A DNA stretch of 64,000 bases from Candidatus Latescibacterota bacterium (GCA_965219455.1 OZ244744.1:5760001-5824000), one strand, 5' to 3'. Counted from the stretch's first letter, positions 19,467-29,038 are shown. The notes: generated by a model not told the origin, from the sequence alone. Made by a program: numbers and translations.

Positions 19467-19580
19467 TTTTCACCCTTATTCGGAAGGGTCGCATCTTGTG
19501 CCAGCGGATTCGGAACCTCGGGCGACCAAGGGTATGCCAGGTCGTTCACCCAGACGTGAACGTGAGGATCGACAATGCAA
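19463..19580 (-). pseudogene. Start-less N-terminal fragment paralogous to the amidohydrolase at 17065-17883
   Basis: Translates IVDPHVHVWVNDLAYPWSPEVPNPLAQDAT versus IIDPHVHVWVNDPAYPWAPDNPNPPGEDAS; no in-frame start; ends in a TGA overlapping the next ATG. Confidence 0.8.
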
Positions 19581-19683
19581 AAATGCCGTAATATGCGCTT
19601 GCCGGATTACGTTAACATTCCTTACTTTCGGATCTCTGGCACAGGATGACAGGTATCAGATCCTTCAATGGTTGTTCAGCGAT

Positions 19684-19857
19684 TTATAACAAACTTCGAT
19701 GGTTGGCCATGATTAATTCAAGCGCCGAGTCGATGACGTCTTTTTTGATTTCTACAAGGCTGGCAGCCTCGATATACAAACCGTCAACAGCGCTTTGAGC
19801 ATAAAAAAACCTGCGACTAACGATCCTGGATAGCCTTCGCTGAATATATGCGTTCAT
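19684..19857 (-). CDS. Small 57-aa ORF, DUF1902/HicB-like (possibly a relic)
   Basis: Below the ORF-track cutoff: MNAYIQRRLSRIVSRRFFYAQSAVDGLYIEAASLVEIKKDVIDSALELIMANHRSLL; AT-richer than its flanks; no clear RBS. Confidence 0.4.
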   Translation of the reverse strand: MNAYIQRRLSRIVSRRFFYAQSAVDGLYIEAASLVEIKKDVIDSALELIMANHRSLL

Positions 19858-19866
19858 AGATTTCGA

Positions 19867-20937
19867 CTACGCCAATTCCTCCGCGACCGCGCAGACCGCG
19901 CGTGTGGCTTCATCGACGTCGCCCTGGCTGATACCAAGATACGGTATGGCGCGAATCGCCGTGGGGCCGGGCGTGCTCACGCGGACGCCCCATCCGATAA
20001 GCAACCGGCTTGCAAACTCTTTCGAAATCACCCCCGTACCGCCCACGTCGAATTTCACCATATTGGTCTCGACCTCGTCCGGATTCACCTGAATTCCCGG
20101 CGCGTCCGAGATGCCCACCGCCAGCCTCCTGGCATTGGCATGGTCCTCTGCAAGCCTGTCGATATTATGTCTCAACGCGTAGATCCCGGCGGCCGCAACA
20201 AAACCCGCCTGGCGCATGGCGCCGCCGACCCGCTGCTTCCACTGCCAGGCGGCTTCAATAAACCCGGTCTCGCCGGCCAGTACGCCGCCGATGGGCGCAC
20301 CCAGACCCTTGCTCAGATCGATCCAGAGCGAATCAAACGTCTCCGCGTAATCCCTTGCGGAAATCCCGGACGCGACCACCGCGTTGAACAGACGGGCGCC
20401 GTCCATGTGCGTCTTCACGTCACGCTCGTGTGCCGCATCGCAGACCGCCCGCATCTGTTCCAATGGCCAGACGCGCCCACCCGGCCGGTTTGTGGTCTGT
20501 TCAACGGCCACCAGGCGAAAGCCCGACCAGTAGCGGGTCGCTGGCTGAAGGGCATCCGCCACGTGTTCAGCCGTAAAGTGCCCATTGACGCCGTCAACGG
20601 GGTACAGGGTGGCGCTTGCGAGGACTGCCGCTCCGCCGGCTTCGGAATGCAACGGATGGGCGTTTCTTTCCAGTAGAACCATATCGCCGGGGCGGCAGTG
20701 CACCGCAAAGGCAATCTGGTTGCACATCGTACCTGACGGCAGCAGCAATGCGGCTTCTTTGCCCAGCATGTCGGCCACCATCTCCTGCAGTTCATTCACC
20801 GACGGATCTTCCCCGCGCTGCTCATCGCCGACTTCCGCCGCACACATAAACTCCCGCATTTCGCGGGTGGGTTTCGTTGCCGTATCGCTGTACAGGTCAA
20901 TTTTCAACAGAGAACTATCGACAGGCTCCGGATACAC
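19867..20937 (-). CDS. ltaE: Low-specificity L-threonine aldolase family (PLP)
   Basis: DLYSDTATKPT, PSGTMCNQIA, HMDGARLFNA, PLP-Lys LSKGLGAPIG; GTG 20937 with AAGGAG RBS. Confidence 0.88.
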   Translation of the reverse strand: MYPEPVDSSLLKIDLYSDTATKPTREMREFMCAAEVGDEQRGEDPSVNELQEMVADMLGKEAALLLPSGTMCNQIAFAVHCRPGDMVLLERNAHPLHSEAGGAAVLASATLYPVDGVNGHFTAEHVADALQPATRYWSGFRLVAVEQTTNRPGGRVWPLEQMRAVCDAAHERDVKTHMDGARLFNAVVASGISARDYAETFDSLWIDLSKGLGAPIGGVLAGETGFIEAAWQWKQRVGGAMRQAGFVAAAGIYALRHNIDRLAEDHANARRLAVGISDAPGIQVNPDEVETNMVKFDVGGTGVISKEFASRLLIGWGVRVSTPGPTAIRAIPYLGISQGDVDEATRAVCAVAEELA

Positions 20938-21129
20938 TGTTGTCTCCTTATGTTCAACCATTGTGACGGGTTGCGACGCAGAGACCAGACCAGCCGGCCA
21001 CAGCAATCAATCGATTGAAGCGGGGCAACCGGCTCTGGCCGAACGGAGGGATGAAACCGGGATTCGCCGCGTTCCGAAAACTCCATAACGCGAAAACAAA
21101 ACATAAGGAATGGCTGGCGGAGTACCTCT

Positions 21130-22092
21130 TTAACCTCGATTGGGGCCGCTATCTTTTCGGAAGAGACCCAGGAACCTGTCCTCGTAAAGCCCATACAGGT
21201 TCCACCGGTCCAGTTCCCGCTTCAACAGGGACGCCTTTTCTTTGGACGTGTCTTGTTCGACCTCTCCAAACAGGCGCTCGATCCGCTCCATCACCACCTG
21301 AGGCACCTGCTCCTCGTCCACTTCTTCGAGTTCAATTTCATCCTCTTCCTCGTGTTCCATGGTGGAGAAGGTAGTGCGAATCTTCTCTTCGATCTGGGAC
21401 ATGGTGTCGTCCATGCGTTCAACGGCCTGGTCGATTTCCGACATATCCACATCCAGATCCAGCATTCTCGCCCAGACCCGAACGATCTCCCGCGATGCCT
21501 TGGGATTCGGCATCATCTGGGCGTACATCGGCATGGTCGCCAACATGCAGGCCGCCCGGATATTTCGAAGCCCGGCCGATCCCAGCAACAGTCCGTTCAG
21601 ACCGGCAATATGTCCTTCCTGCAAGATCTCCACGCCGTACTGCCCAAGCGCGTCGCGCAAGGCTTCCTCGTTGGCCGCGCCGAGGACCTGAACGCGTTCG
21701 TGGTGGCTGATGGGCATTGCGAACGCCGCGCCGGTATAGATGGCTTCCACCTTGAACTTCTGCGCAAGGTCAAGCATGTGGCCCATGAGAACCGTGCCTC
21801 CCATGCCCGGTATCTGTGCTTCGCTTTCGGATATAATTAACGGCGGCTCTTCGACGTAGTAAAAGACGTGGCTTGGCAGATCCGAAAACGAACGCGCGAG
21901 TCCCTTTTCCACAACCACCGCCTCCGGGGCGAAATATTCACTCATGTCAATCTCTGCGAACGGCAGCGCGTCCAGTTTCCGACGTAGGTAATCCAGCGCC
22001 CCAACGCCCACACTTCCCATACCCGGCCATGCGGCCAGCATAATCGAAGGGCGCATCCGATCTGAAAAATCTCTGGTGATTCTCGCATTCAT
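21130..22092 (-). CDS. PAC2 (proteasome assembly chaperone-like) family protein
   Basis: AAWPGMGSVG, GHIAGLNGLLLG, CMLATMP, PNPKAS; acidic C-terminus; GGAGG RBS. Confidence 0.85.
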   Translation of the reverse strand: MNARITRDFSDRMRPSIMLAAWPGMGSVGVGALDYLRRKLDALPFAEIDMSEYFAPEAVVVEKGLARSFSDLPSHVFYYVEEPPLIISESEAQIPGMGGTVLMGHMLDLAQKFKVEAIYTGAAFAMPISHHERVQVLGAANEEALRDALGQYGVEILQEGHIAGLNGLLLGSAGLRNIRAACMLATMPMYAQMMPNPKASREIVRVWARMLDLDVDMSEIDQAVERMDDTMSQIEEKIRTTFSTMEHEEEDEIELEEVDEEQVPQVVMERIERLFGEVEQDTSKEKASLLKRELDRWNLYGLYEDRFLGLFRKDSGPNRG

Positions 22093-22118
22093 CTTAATTC
22101 CACCTCCCGCCCGGGGCC

Positions 22119-22191
22119 TGGTGTCCCGTCGCAGAAATATGTCACCGTTCATCCGCCGAATTTAGGCAATCTATTTCGGGACAGAACACTG
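22119..22191. mobile_element. MITE-like element, copy 1 (internally deleted)
   Basis: Ends TGGTGTCCCGTCGCAGAAATA and TATTTCGGGACAGAACACTG are imperfect inverted repeats; homologous to copies at 23630, 31121 and 47874. Confidence 0.7.
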
Positions 22192-22444
22192 ATACCGACT
22201 GAAAAGGCTGGAAACCGATGCAATCCCGTTCAACACGGATTTGCGCCCGATAATATACGACAATCCCGTGGGATATCCAAAGCATCCGTAAATGAACCGC
22301 AGGATCGATTCAGCCTGATCTGGCTTCCGAACGACCCGATAGCACTGCGATCGCGCTCAGCTACGAAGCGATCGATAATAAACCGCCGTCGATCCGTATT
22401 CCTGGTTTCGTGGATACGGTACACAGACCAACACTGCATTTCGG

Positions 22445-23527
22445 CTATACGAATCCCTCAAGCGGATGGGTTCGGTCAGCCATCGGAAACGCCACGCGCC
22501 CGCCTGAAATCTGCGATGCATAGGCTCCCAGCACCATCTCCAGAGCCTTCACCGCATCCACACCGCTCGAGAGGGGTTGCCGATTATGTTCGATCGCATC
22601 AATCAGATCCAGAATCGCCAGCCGATTGCCGTCGGCCAGCGGCGCGGCTTCCAGATCCAGCACTTCCCAAACCTGCGATTCATCCTCCGGCAACCAGGCA
22701 CTGTACGGATAAGCGGCAACCACGGTTGGCGCGCCGCCTCGCAGCATAAACCGTCCGTCCCGCCCCACCAGTTCCAACCCGAAACACTGCCCATTGCCGG
22801 GCTGATTCGCCCGGGACACAAAAAAACCGGCGGCACCGTTTTCAAACGCAAAACAACTGTGTATACAGTCTCCTGCAATCAGTCCGACGGGTTCCCTGGC
22901 TTCAAAGGCGTCACCTGGGCACAGTTCCCGGTCTCCCACTCTGACCTGAGCGCTCATCCAGGCCACGTCGCCGACAAGGTACCGCATCAGATTGAACAGG
23001 TGCGTGCCCAGAACCATCATGTCCTCACCTCCGCCGCGATGGTCCTGCTTGCCGGTTGCGTAGATCGCCAGCAACGGGCCGATGCGACCTTCGTCCAGCA
23101 TGTGTTTTACGGCGTGAACCTGCGGCAAATAAACGCCCTGATGCGCTGCGGCCAGTTTCACGCCCCCTCGTTCCGCCGCCGACACCATGCGGTCCGCCGA
23201 TTCCAGACTGTGCGCCATCGGTTTTTCGCAATAGATATGGCAGCCCGCCGCCACACACGCCAGTACCATCTCCTCGTGGCAATCCACCCAGCGGGGGCCC
23301 ACGGTTACAATTTCCAGCGCTTCTTTTTCCAGCATCTCCCGATAGTCTTCATAGGTCCGTTCCGCACCCACCGCCGCCGCGACTTCCCGCCGACCTTGCT
23401 CATCCGGATCCGCCACGGCCACCATGTCCACAACGCCAGCCGCCGCCAGGCCCAGATGAAGGCCATGTCCGTAGCCGCCTCGGTCCGTCCGGCCAATCGC
23501 GCCACCTCGATACCGTTTTCCAGACAT
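22445..23527 (-). CDS. Gfo/Idh/MocA-family oxidoreductase
   Basis: IGRTDRGGYGHG, HIYCEKPM, GGEDMMVLGTHLF. Confidence 0.9.
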   Translation of the reverse strand: MSGKRYRGGAIGRTDRGGYGHGLHLGLAAAGVVDMVAVADPDEQGRREVAAAVGAERTYEDYREMLEKEALEIVTVGPRWVDCHEEMVLACVAAGCHIYCEKPMAHSLESADRMVSAAERGGVKLAAAHQGVYLPQVHAVKHMLDEGRIGPLLAIYATGKQDHRGGGEDMMVLGTHLFNLMRYLVGDVAWMSAQVRVGDRELCPGDAFEAREPVGLIAGDCIHSCFAFENGAAGFFVSRANQPGNGQCFGLELVGRDGRFMLRGGAPTVVAAYPYSAWLPEDESQVWEVLDLEAAPLADGNRLAILDLIDAIEHNRQPLSSGVDAVKALEMVLGAYASQISGGRVAFPMADRTHPLEGFV

Positions 23528-23559
23528 ATACAATTCCCCTTATGCTGCGTGAATTTCCA

Positions 23560-23697
23560 ACAAGCTCGATTCGACAAGCTTGCTTCGACTGGCCGTTTCG
23601 ACACGCTCAACGCAAGCAGCACAGACAGTGCAAGCAACGCCGCGAGACGGGATCAAACGGCGGAAGAGCGGTCACATATTTCCGGGACAGGATACTA
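23560..23697. mobile_element. MITE-like element, copy 2 (reverse orientation, one end) plus nested TTCGAC repeats
   Basis: Minus strand TAGTATCCTGTCCCGGAAATATGTGACCGCTCTTCCGCCGTTTGATCCCGTCTCGCGGCGTTGC matches the other copies; begins at the stop codon 23695-23697. Confidence 0.65.
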
Positions 23698-24741
23698 TGG
23701 CACCAGCACCACGCCGAGCGCTTCGTTGGGACGCTGAATCAAGTCTTCACAAGCCTCCGGCGCATCGGAAAGCCCGACCCGGTGGGTGATCAGCGGTTCG
23801 ACCAGCATCCGTCCGGAAGCCATAAACCCCAGACACTCCTCCAGGTTCCGTCTTGTGGTCCATTGCATGAACACGGGCGGATAGTCCCGTCCGTGTTCCC
23901 AGGCTTCATCGTGGTATCCGGGGCCCGTCCGGGCCGCGCTCCGCACGTCCAGGTTGCCCAGGCCCGACGCGAATACGTGCTCGATCCTCGCCCCGCCGAC
24001 GATCGTGATCCGGCCCATCTGGTGCGTATCGGGCGCCCGCTTCATCATCGCCACGAGCATCTTGAAAGCCTCGGTGCCATCGCCACCGAAGGCGAGAATG
24101 CCGGCATCCAGACCGTATCCGCACGTAAAAGCCGTTGACACCCCTACGGTGTCTTCCTCGCTCACATTGACGACCCGGTCCGCCCCGGTCTTATTCGCCG
24201 CTGCCAGGCGCATCGGCAACCTGTCCAGCGCAAGCGTGTGGCAGCCGGCAAGCCGCGCCCATTGGCAGGAGAACTGTCCCACCGGCCCCAGTCCGACCAC
24301 CGCAACATATTCACCCAGAGTCAACTCGGCACGGCGGACGGCGTTTAACGCCGTCGCAACGAGATGAATGGCCGACGCATCCTCAAAGTGCACGGAATCG
24401 GGCATGGGAGCCGCCATATTCCTGGGTACGCAGACGTGCGTCGCGTGCAGCGCATAGCCTCCACCCATACAGGCCACGCGAGTACCCGTTGGAATTCCTT
24501 CACACCCCTCACCCCGTCCGATTACCACGCCGGAATTGGAATAACCGAACGGGCGGGGCGGGGCGCTACCCGGTTTCTCCCGAAGCCTCTTCACGCCGCC
24601 CAGTTCCGTACCCGGACTCACAAAACTCGCTCTGACCTCAACCAGGACCTGACCGGGACCGGGCTGTGGAATCGGTTCCTCAAGCACCACAATCCGTCCA
24701 GCACCGTCTTTGGCCGCTACCTTGCGAAAGCCGTCTGGCAT
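23695..24741 (-). CDS. Medium-chain (Zn-ADH superfamily) dehydrogenase
   Basis: SFVSPGTE, PFGYSNSG, VVGLGPVGQ, TGPGYHD, LITHR; AGGAG RBS. Confidence 0.87.
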   Translation of the reverse strand: MPDGFRKVAAKDGAGRIVVLEEPIPQPGPGQVLVEVRASFVSPGTELGGVKRLREKPGSAPPRPFGYSNSGVVIGRGEGCEGIPTGTRVACMGGGYALHATHVCVPRNMAAPMPDSVHFEDASAIHLVATALNAVRRAELTLGEYVAVVGLGPVGQFSCQWARLAGCHTLALDRLPMRLAAANKTGADRVVNVSEEDTVGVSTAFTCGYGLDAGILAFGGDGTEAFKMLVAMMKRAPDTHQMGRITIVGGARIEHVFASGLGNLDVRSAARTGPGYHDEAWEHGRDYPPVFMQWTTRRNLEECLGFMASGRMLVEPLITHRVGLSDAPEACEDLIQRPNEALGVVLVP

Positions 24742-24885
24742 TTCAAGTCTCCTTTTCCTGACCATTCGCCTGTTGCGGGACATTGGCTATCAATCTGCAG
24801 TCATCCTTGTTTCTGACGCGCGACGGGACGTCCTGAAACCCTATAGCCGGACACACCCGGGCCGGAAGGATCACACCTGACGTGC

Positions 24886-26889
24886 TCAATACGTATGGAC
24901 GCGGTGGCCGCGTGGCACGAACCAGGCGGCATCCAATACCAACCCAAGCGCGATCGAAAACACGTATCCCACAAGAAGCCCGATAAAAAATGGACGCGAG
25001 CGCCTGTAAAACCCGGCGCCGAAAAATCTAAGCAGGATCGCCTTCAGGCTCCATGCCAGAAATATCGTAAACCCGGTCAGGTGGGAGAGGGCGGACCCGG
25101 AAAGCGCAAAACCGATGGGATGAAAGGGCCACCACGCAAACCGGTAGCGCATGAACGTGATTGCCCCCATGGCCAGCAGGCCCACGACGAAAAACACATA
25201 CTCACTCGATTGCATCGGTTTGGGTGAAATGATATCGCTTACCGCCCCCTGAAAACCCCTGTGCCCCGCCCGCGTCACGAGCCAGTTCGGCTCGAAATTG
25301 TACCCGCCCACCGTGTACCCCAGCCAGACCACGTATAAGGTGGACGCCACAAGTCCCACGAGAAACGCGGCGCACACCGACCAGAACAACCGCTTTCTGT
25401 TGCCCTCCACGAATTCACCCAGCCGGTTGGCATGCATGCCGAATGTGAATATCGTACCCTTAAAATGACTCAATGCCACGGCCGTGGGATAGAACAAGGC
25501 GTGGGTTGCCGCCGGTATCCCCTGGGGACCCCCGAGAGCGGCCTGTACAAGGCTTCGCGCCGATGTCGGCGAACTCAGAAAAACCAGTCCCGAGTCGGCC
25601 AGTATCTTCCCCATGGCCAGATAAACCAGAAACATGGTCGGCACCGTGAGCAGAATCACACCCACGTCCATCCCGGCATTCCAGAGCCAGGCGATCGCAT
25701 AAACACACCCGACTCCCAGTCCGAGAAACGCCGAGCGGTAGGAAATGAGTTCGCGGCTATCGTCGATATGGGCGCTTTGCGGTCTTAACGCTTTCAGGAA
25801 CGCATCCCAAAGATGACGCCTCGAAATCAAAACCCAGAACACTGCCAGACCGACAAATGCGCCTGCCGTCTGCCACGTATATGGCCCGGCCGACCGGTAG
25901 GAATGCCAGGACGGCATACCCAGTCGGGTCAGTATGCCCGATTCGATCACGAAGAAGAGATCGAAAAACCAGAGGCTGAACAGGACTTCCAGGCTGGCAA
26001 AATAGGCAAAACACACCGCAAAGGTATTGAAGGAAATCCACAACGCGGGAAAGTCCCGCGCCAGCGGCAGGTACCAACCCGGCGTCATACGGAAACTGGG
26101 AAAGGCCGGGAAAAACCAGCCGATCATGTTCCAGCAATAGATGAAGGCGCTTACCGAAAACCCGGCCCAGAACATCCGCCCCTTCATCAGTTCCGGCAAC
26201 AGCCGCCTTCCTGATCCGGCGGAGGATGCCATTTCCACGATCGGCTCCATGGCCGGAAACACCAGCTTTTCGTATTCCGACCACTGGCGATGGATGATAA
26301 TGGACGCGCAGAAACAGGCGAATGCCACTGCCGCAATAAACGTGAACCACCAGAACAGCGGCCCCGCCCAGCTTTCCCAGGGCACGGCCGCGTCGGGAGG
26401 CAATCCGTTGTAAAACCAGCTCATCTCCCCCTTTCTGTTCTGGGGGAAGATGAAATCCGGCAGATACGGATGCAGAAACTCCGACCAGCGATTCTCGGGC
26501 GTGGCGAAATAGTACGGGGACACGATCACACCCACCAGGTATCCACTCACGCCATACGTGGGTCCGAGCGAACTCACAAACCCCATGGTGAAGACGGTCA
26601 GCCACTCCGACCTGGAAAACACAAAGGCCCTTCCGAATCGAAAGGCCAGAACTGAACAGAAGACCATTGACAGCAGGGTCAATATCAGGTTGCCCATGGG
26701 CATATGGCTGTAGGCCATCAGCGAGCCATGAACAAGATAGAGCACGGTATTGGCCAGGAGACTGACGGCCGCGGCCAGGCACAGTCCAAAGACGACGGAT
26801 CGAAGCGTGACGCCCCGGTCAACAGACGCCATGGGCGTTTCGAGATTTCGTTGTTCGGCCTGTCGAACGGCCGCACTTTTTTCAGCCAT
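24886..26889 (-). CDS. Multi-pass membrane protein, DUF6785/DUF6784-like (paralog 2)
   Basis: 667 aa; YFATPENRW, QWSEYEKLVFP, WWPFHPIG, YRRSRPFFIGL. Confidence 0.8.
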   Translation of the reverse strand: MAEKSAAVRQAEQRNLETPMASVDRGVTLRSVVFGLCLAAAVSLLANTVLYLVHGSLMAYSHMPMGNLILTLLSMVFCSVLAFRFGRAFVFSRSEWLTVFTMGFVSSLGPTYGVSGYLVGVIVSPYYFATPENRWSEFLHPYLPDFIFPQNRKGEMSWFYNGLPPDAAVPWESWAGPLFWWFTFIAAVAFACFCASIIIHRQWSEYEKLVFPAMEPIVEMASSAGSGRRLLPELMKGRMFWAGFSVSAFIYCWNMIGWFFPAFPSFRMTPGWYLPLARDFPALWISFNTFAVCFAYFASLEVLFSLWFFDLFFVIESGILTRLGMPSWHSYRSAGPYTWQTAGAFVGLAVFWVLISRRHLWDAFLKALRPQSAHIDDSRELISYRSAFLGLGVGCVYAIAWLWNAGMDVGVILLTVPTMFLVYLAMGKILADSGLVFLSSPTSARSLVQAALGGPQGIPAATHALFYPTAVALSHFKGTIFTFGMHANRLGEFVEGNRKRLFWSVCAAFLVGLVASTLYVVWLGYTVGGYNFEPNWLVTRAGHRGFQGAVSDIISPKPMQSSEYVFFVVGLLAMGAITFMRYRFAWWPFHPIGFALSGSALSHLTGFTIFLAWSLKAILLRFFGAGFYRRSRPFFIGLLVGYVFSIALGLVLDAAWFVPRGHRVHTY

Positions 26890-26958
26890 TGGACAGCCCC
26901 ATATATAGGCCGGAGAATTTGCGGCTCACCCGCGCAGCCTGGCAATACAATAGAGTCT

Positions 26959-28992
26959 CTAATACCATTTGTGGAGTGTGTGCCCCTGCTTTCCGAAGAA
27001 TACGGCGTCCACCACCAACCCGAGCGTTGTAACCAGAATATATGCCGTAAGCACTCCGATAAAAAACGGACGCGATTTCCTGTAGAACGCGGCCCCAACC
27101 AACTTCAGAAGGATGAACTTCACCAGCCAGGCCAGGAACAGCGTAAAACTCGTCAGCCGCGTCAGCCAGGCGCCCGAGATTGCGAAACCCACTGGATGAA
27201 CAGGCCACCAGCTGAGACGGTACCGCAACAGATTCAACGCCATCATAGCGACAAGGCCCGCCAGAAAGAACCAGTAGTCCTCCACCTCGGCCGGCTCCGG
27301 CGAGAGAATATCGTTTACCCCTCGCTGGTACCCGCCGATTCCGGCACGGATAATCAGCCAGTTGGGCTGGAAGTTGTACCCGCCGATCGTATATCCCAAC
27401 CAGATCGTAAACAGGGTCGATCCCACGACACCCACGATAAACGCGGCAAATACGCCGCCAAAGAACCATCGATGGCCTCCGACGAGAAAATCTCCGAGTC
27501 GGTTCAGGTGCATCCCCACCGAAAACGTGTATGCGCGAAAGTGGTTAAGCGATACCGACGCCGGATACTTGATCGCGTGGGTGGGCGCCGGGACGGCGCT
27601 GGCGCCGCCGAGCGCCGCTGTGGCCAGGTCCCACGACCTGGTCGCCGAACCTATATAGATATGACCCGTCTCTGCCAGAATCTTCGCCACCCCGAAATAG
27701 ATCAGAAACATAATGGGTATCAGTAGACAGATTACCTTAAGGTCCATTCCCGCCTGCGACAACCACGCAATGGTATAAACCGTTGAAATGCCCAACCACA
27801 GAAACGCCGCCCGATACGATATCAGATCCCGGCTGTCGTCTAGAGGGACGCGCTCGGGCCGGAGCGCCTTTTGGAACGCCTGGCGCAGATGCGTCCGCGA
27901 TACCAGCAGCCACCAGAAGGCAATTCCGACAAAGGCGCCCGCCGTCTGCCAGGCGTACCGTCCCGTCATATAGTGGGGTGAAATCGCCTCGACCCCGAGC
28001 CGGTTCAGGAACCCGCCCTCGAAAATAAACAACAGATCAAAGAACCAGAGACTGAACAATACCTCGAGGCTTGCAAAATAGGAAAAACAGATGACGACCG
28101 TACTCACGAAAATCCACTGCGGGGGAAATGCCTGGCCCAGGGGAATCCATGTTCCCCTGGCTGTGGGGAAAACGGGAAACCCAGGTTTGAACCACCCGAT
28201 GATATTCCAACTGAACACAAAAAAAACAATCGCGAATCCCGTCCAGAAGGCCTTGCCGGTCATGAATTCCGGGAGCCATCGTCTGCCCTTGCCTGCGTTG
28301 GCCGCCATCTCCACGATCGGTTCCATAGCGGGAAACACGATCTTTTCGTTCTCCGACCACTGCCTGTGGACAATCACGGACGCACACAGACACGCCAACG
28401 CCACCGCACAGACAAACGTAAACCACCAGAACAGGGGCATCGTCCACGCCTCCCACGGGATCGGGGCGCCCTGGGGCAACCCGTCGTAAAACCAGGTCAT
28501 CGCCCCGTCCTTGTTGGTCGGAATCATCCACTCAGGGAGGTACGGATGCAGAAACTCGGCCCACCGGTTCTCGGGTGTGGCGAAATAGTAGGGTGTCACG
28601 ATGACACCCACCAGGTAGCCGCTTACGCCGTAGGTCGGCCCGAGGGACGCTATAAATCCCATTGCAAAGACCGTAATCCACTCGCTGGACGAGAACACGA
28701 ACGTCCGGCCGAACCCTTTCGCCAGCGCCGCACAGAAAAGGATCGACAACAGCCAGACAATCAGATTCCCCATCGGCATGTGGCTGTAGGCCATAAACGA
28801 GGAATGAAGTATGTACCGTACGACGTTGCCCAGAACGCTAATGACGAGGGACAGACACAGCCCGAAAATCAGCGCCCTAATCGTCGTACCGCGATCTACC
28901 GCGGCCTGATGCGCCGGGTTTCTTTGAAGGCGCGCCAAACCCCGGGTGGAAATCGAATGTGGTTCAACCATCAATACGCCTCGATTGTCCAT
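26959..28992 (-). CDS. Multi-pass membrane protein, DUF6785/DUF6784-like (paralog 3)
   Basis: 677 aa; collinear with and highly similar to paralog 2 (MAYSHMPMGNL, SLGPTYGVSGYLVGVIV, GGYNFxPNWL). Confidence 0.8.
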   Translation of the reverse strand: MDNRGVLMVEPHSISTRGLARLQRNPAHQAAVDRGTTIRALIFGLCLSLVISVLGNVVRYILHSSFMAYSHMPMGNLIVWLLSILFCAALAKGFGRTFVFSSSEWITVFAMGFIASLGPTYGVSGYLVGVIVTPYYFATPENRWAEFLHPYLPEWMIPTNKDGAMTWFYDGLPQGAPIPWEAWTMPLFWWFTFVCAVALACLCASVIVHRQWSENEKIVFPAMEPIVEMAANAGKGRRWLPEFMTGKAFWTGFAIVFFVFSWNIIGWFKPGFPVFPTARGTWIPLGQAFPPQWIFVSTVVICFSYFASLEVLFSLWFFDLLFIFEGGFLNRLGVEAISPHYMTGRYAWQTAGAFVGIAFWWLLVSRTHLRQAFQKALRPERVPLDDSRDLISYRAAFLWLGISTVYTIAWLSQAGMDLKVICLLIPIMFLIYFGVAKILAETGHIYIGSATRSWDLATAALGGASAVPAPTHAIKYPASVSLNHFRAYTFSVGMHLNRLGDFLVGGHRWFFGGVFAAFIVGVVGSTLFTIWLGYTIGGYNFQPNWLIIRAGIGGYQRGVNDILSPEPAEVEDYWFFLAGLVAMMALNLLRYRLSWWPVHPVGFAISGAWLTRLTSFTLFLAWLVKFILLKLVGAAFYRKSRPFFIGVLTAYILVTTLGLVVDAVFFGKQGHTLHKWY

Positions 28993-29038
28993 CAGAGCCG
29001 GGAATCGAGTTCCCTTCGCCCAATACAGGTCATCGCAA

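Noticed and set aside
20938-21088. Possible Tat signal extension on the threonine aldolase (RR-containing upstream frame)
   Set aside because: An in-frame TGA interrupts it, and a strong RBS supports the GTG at 20937.
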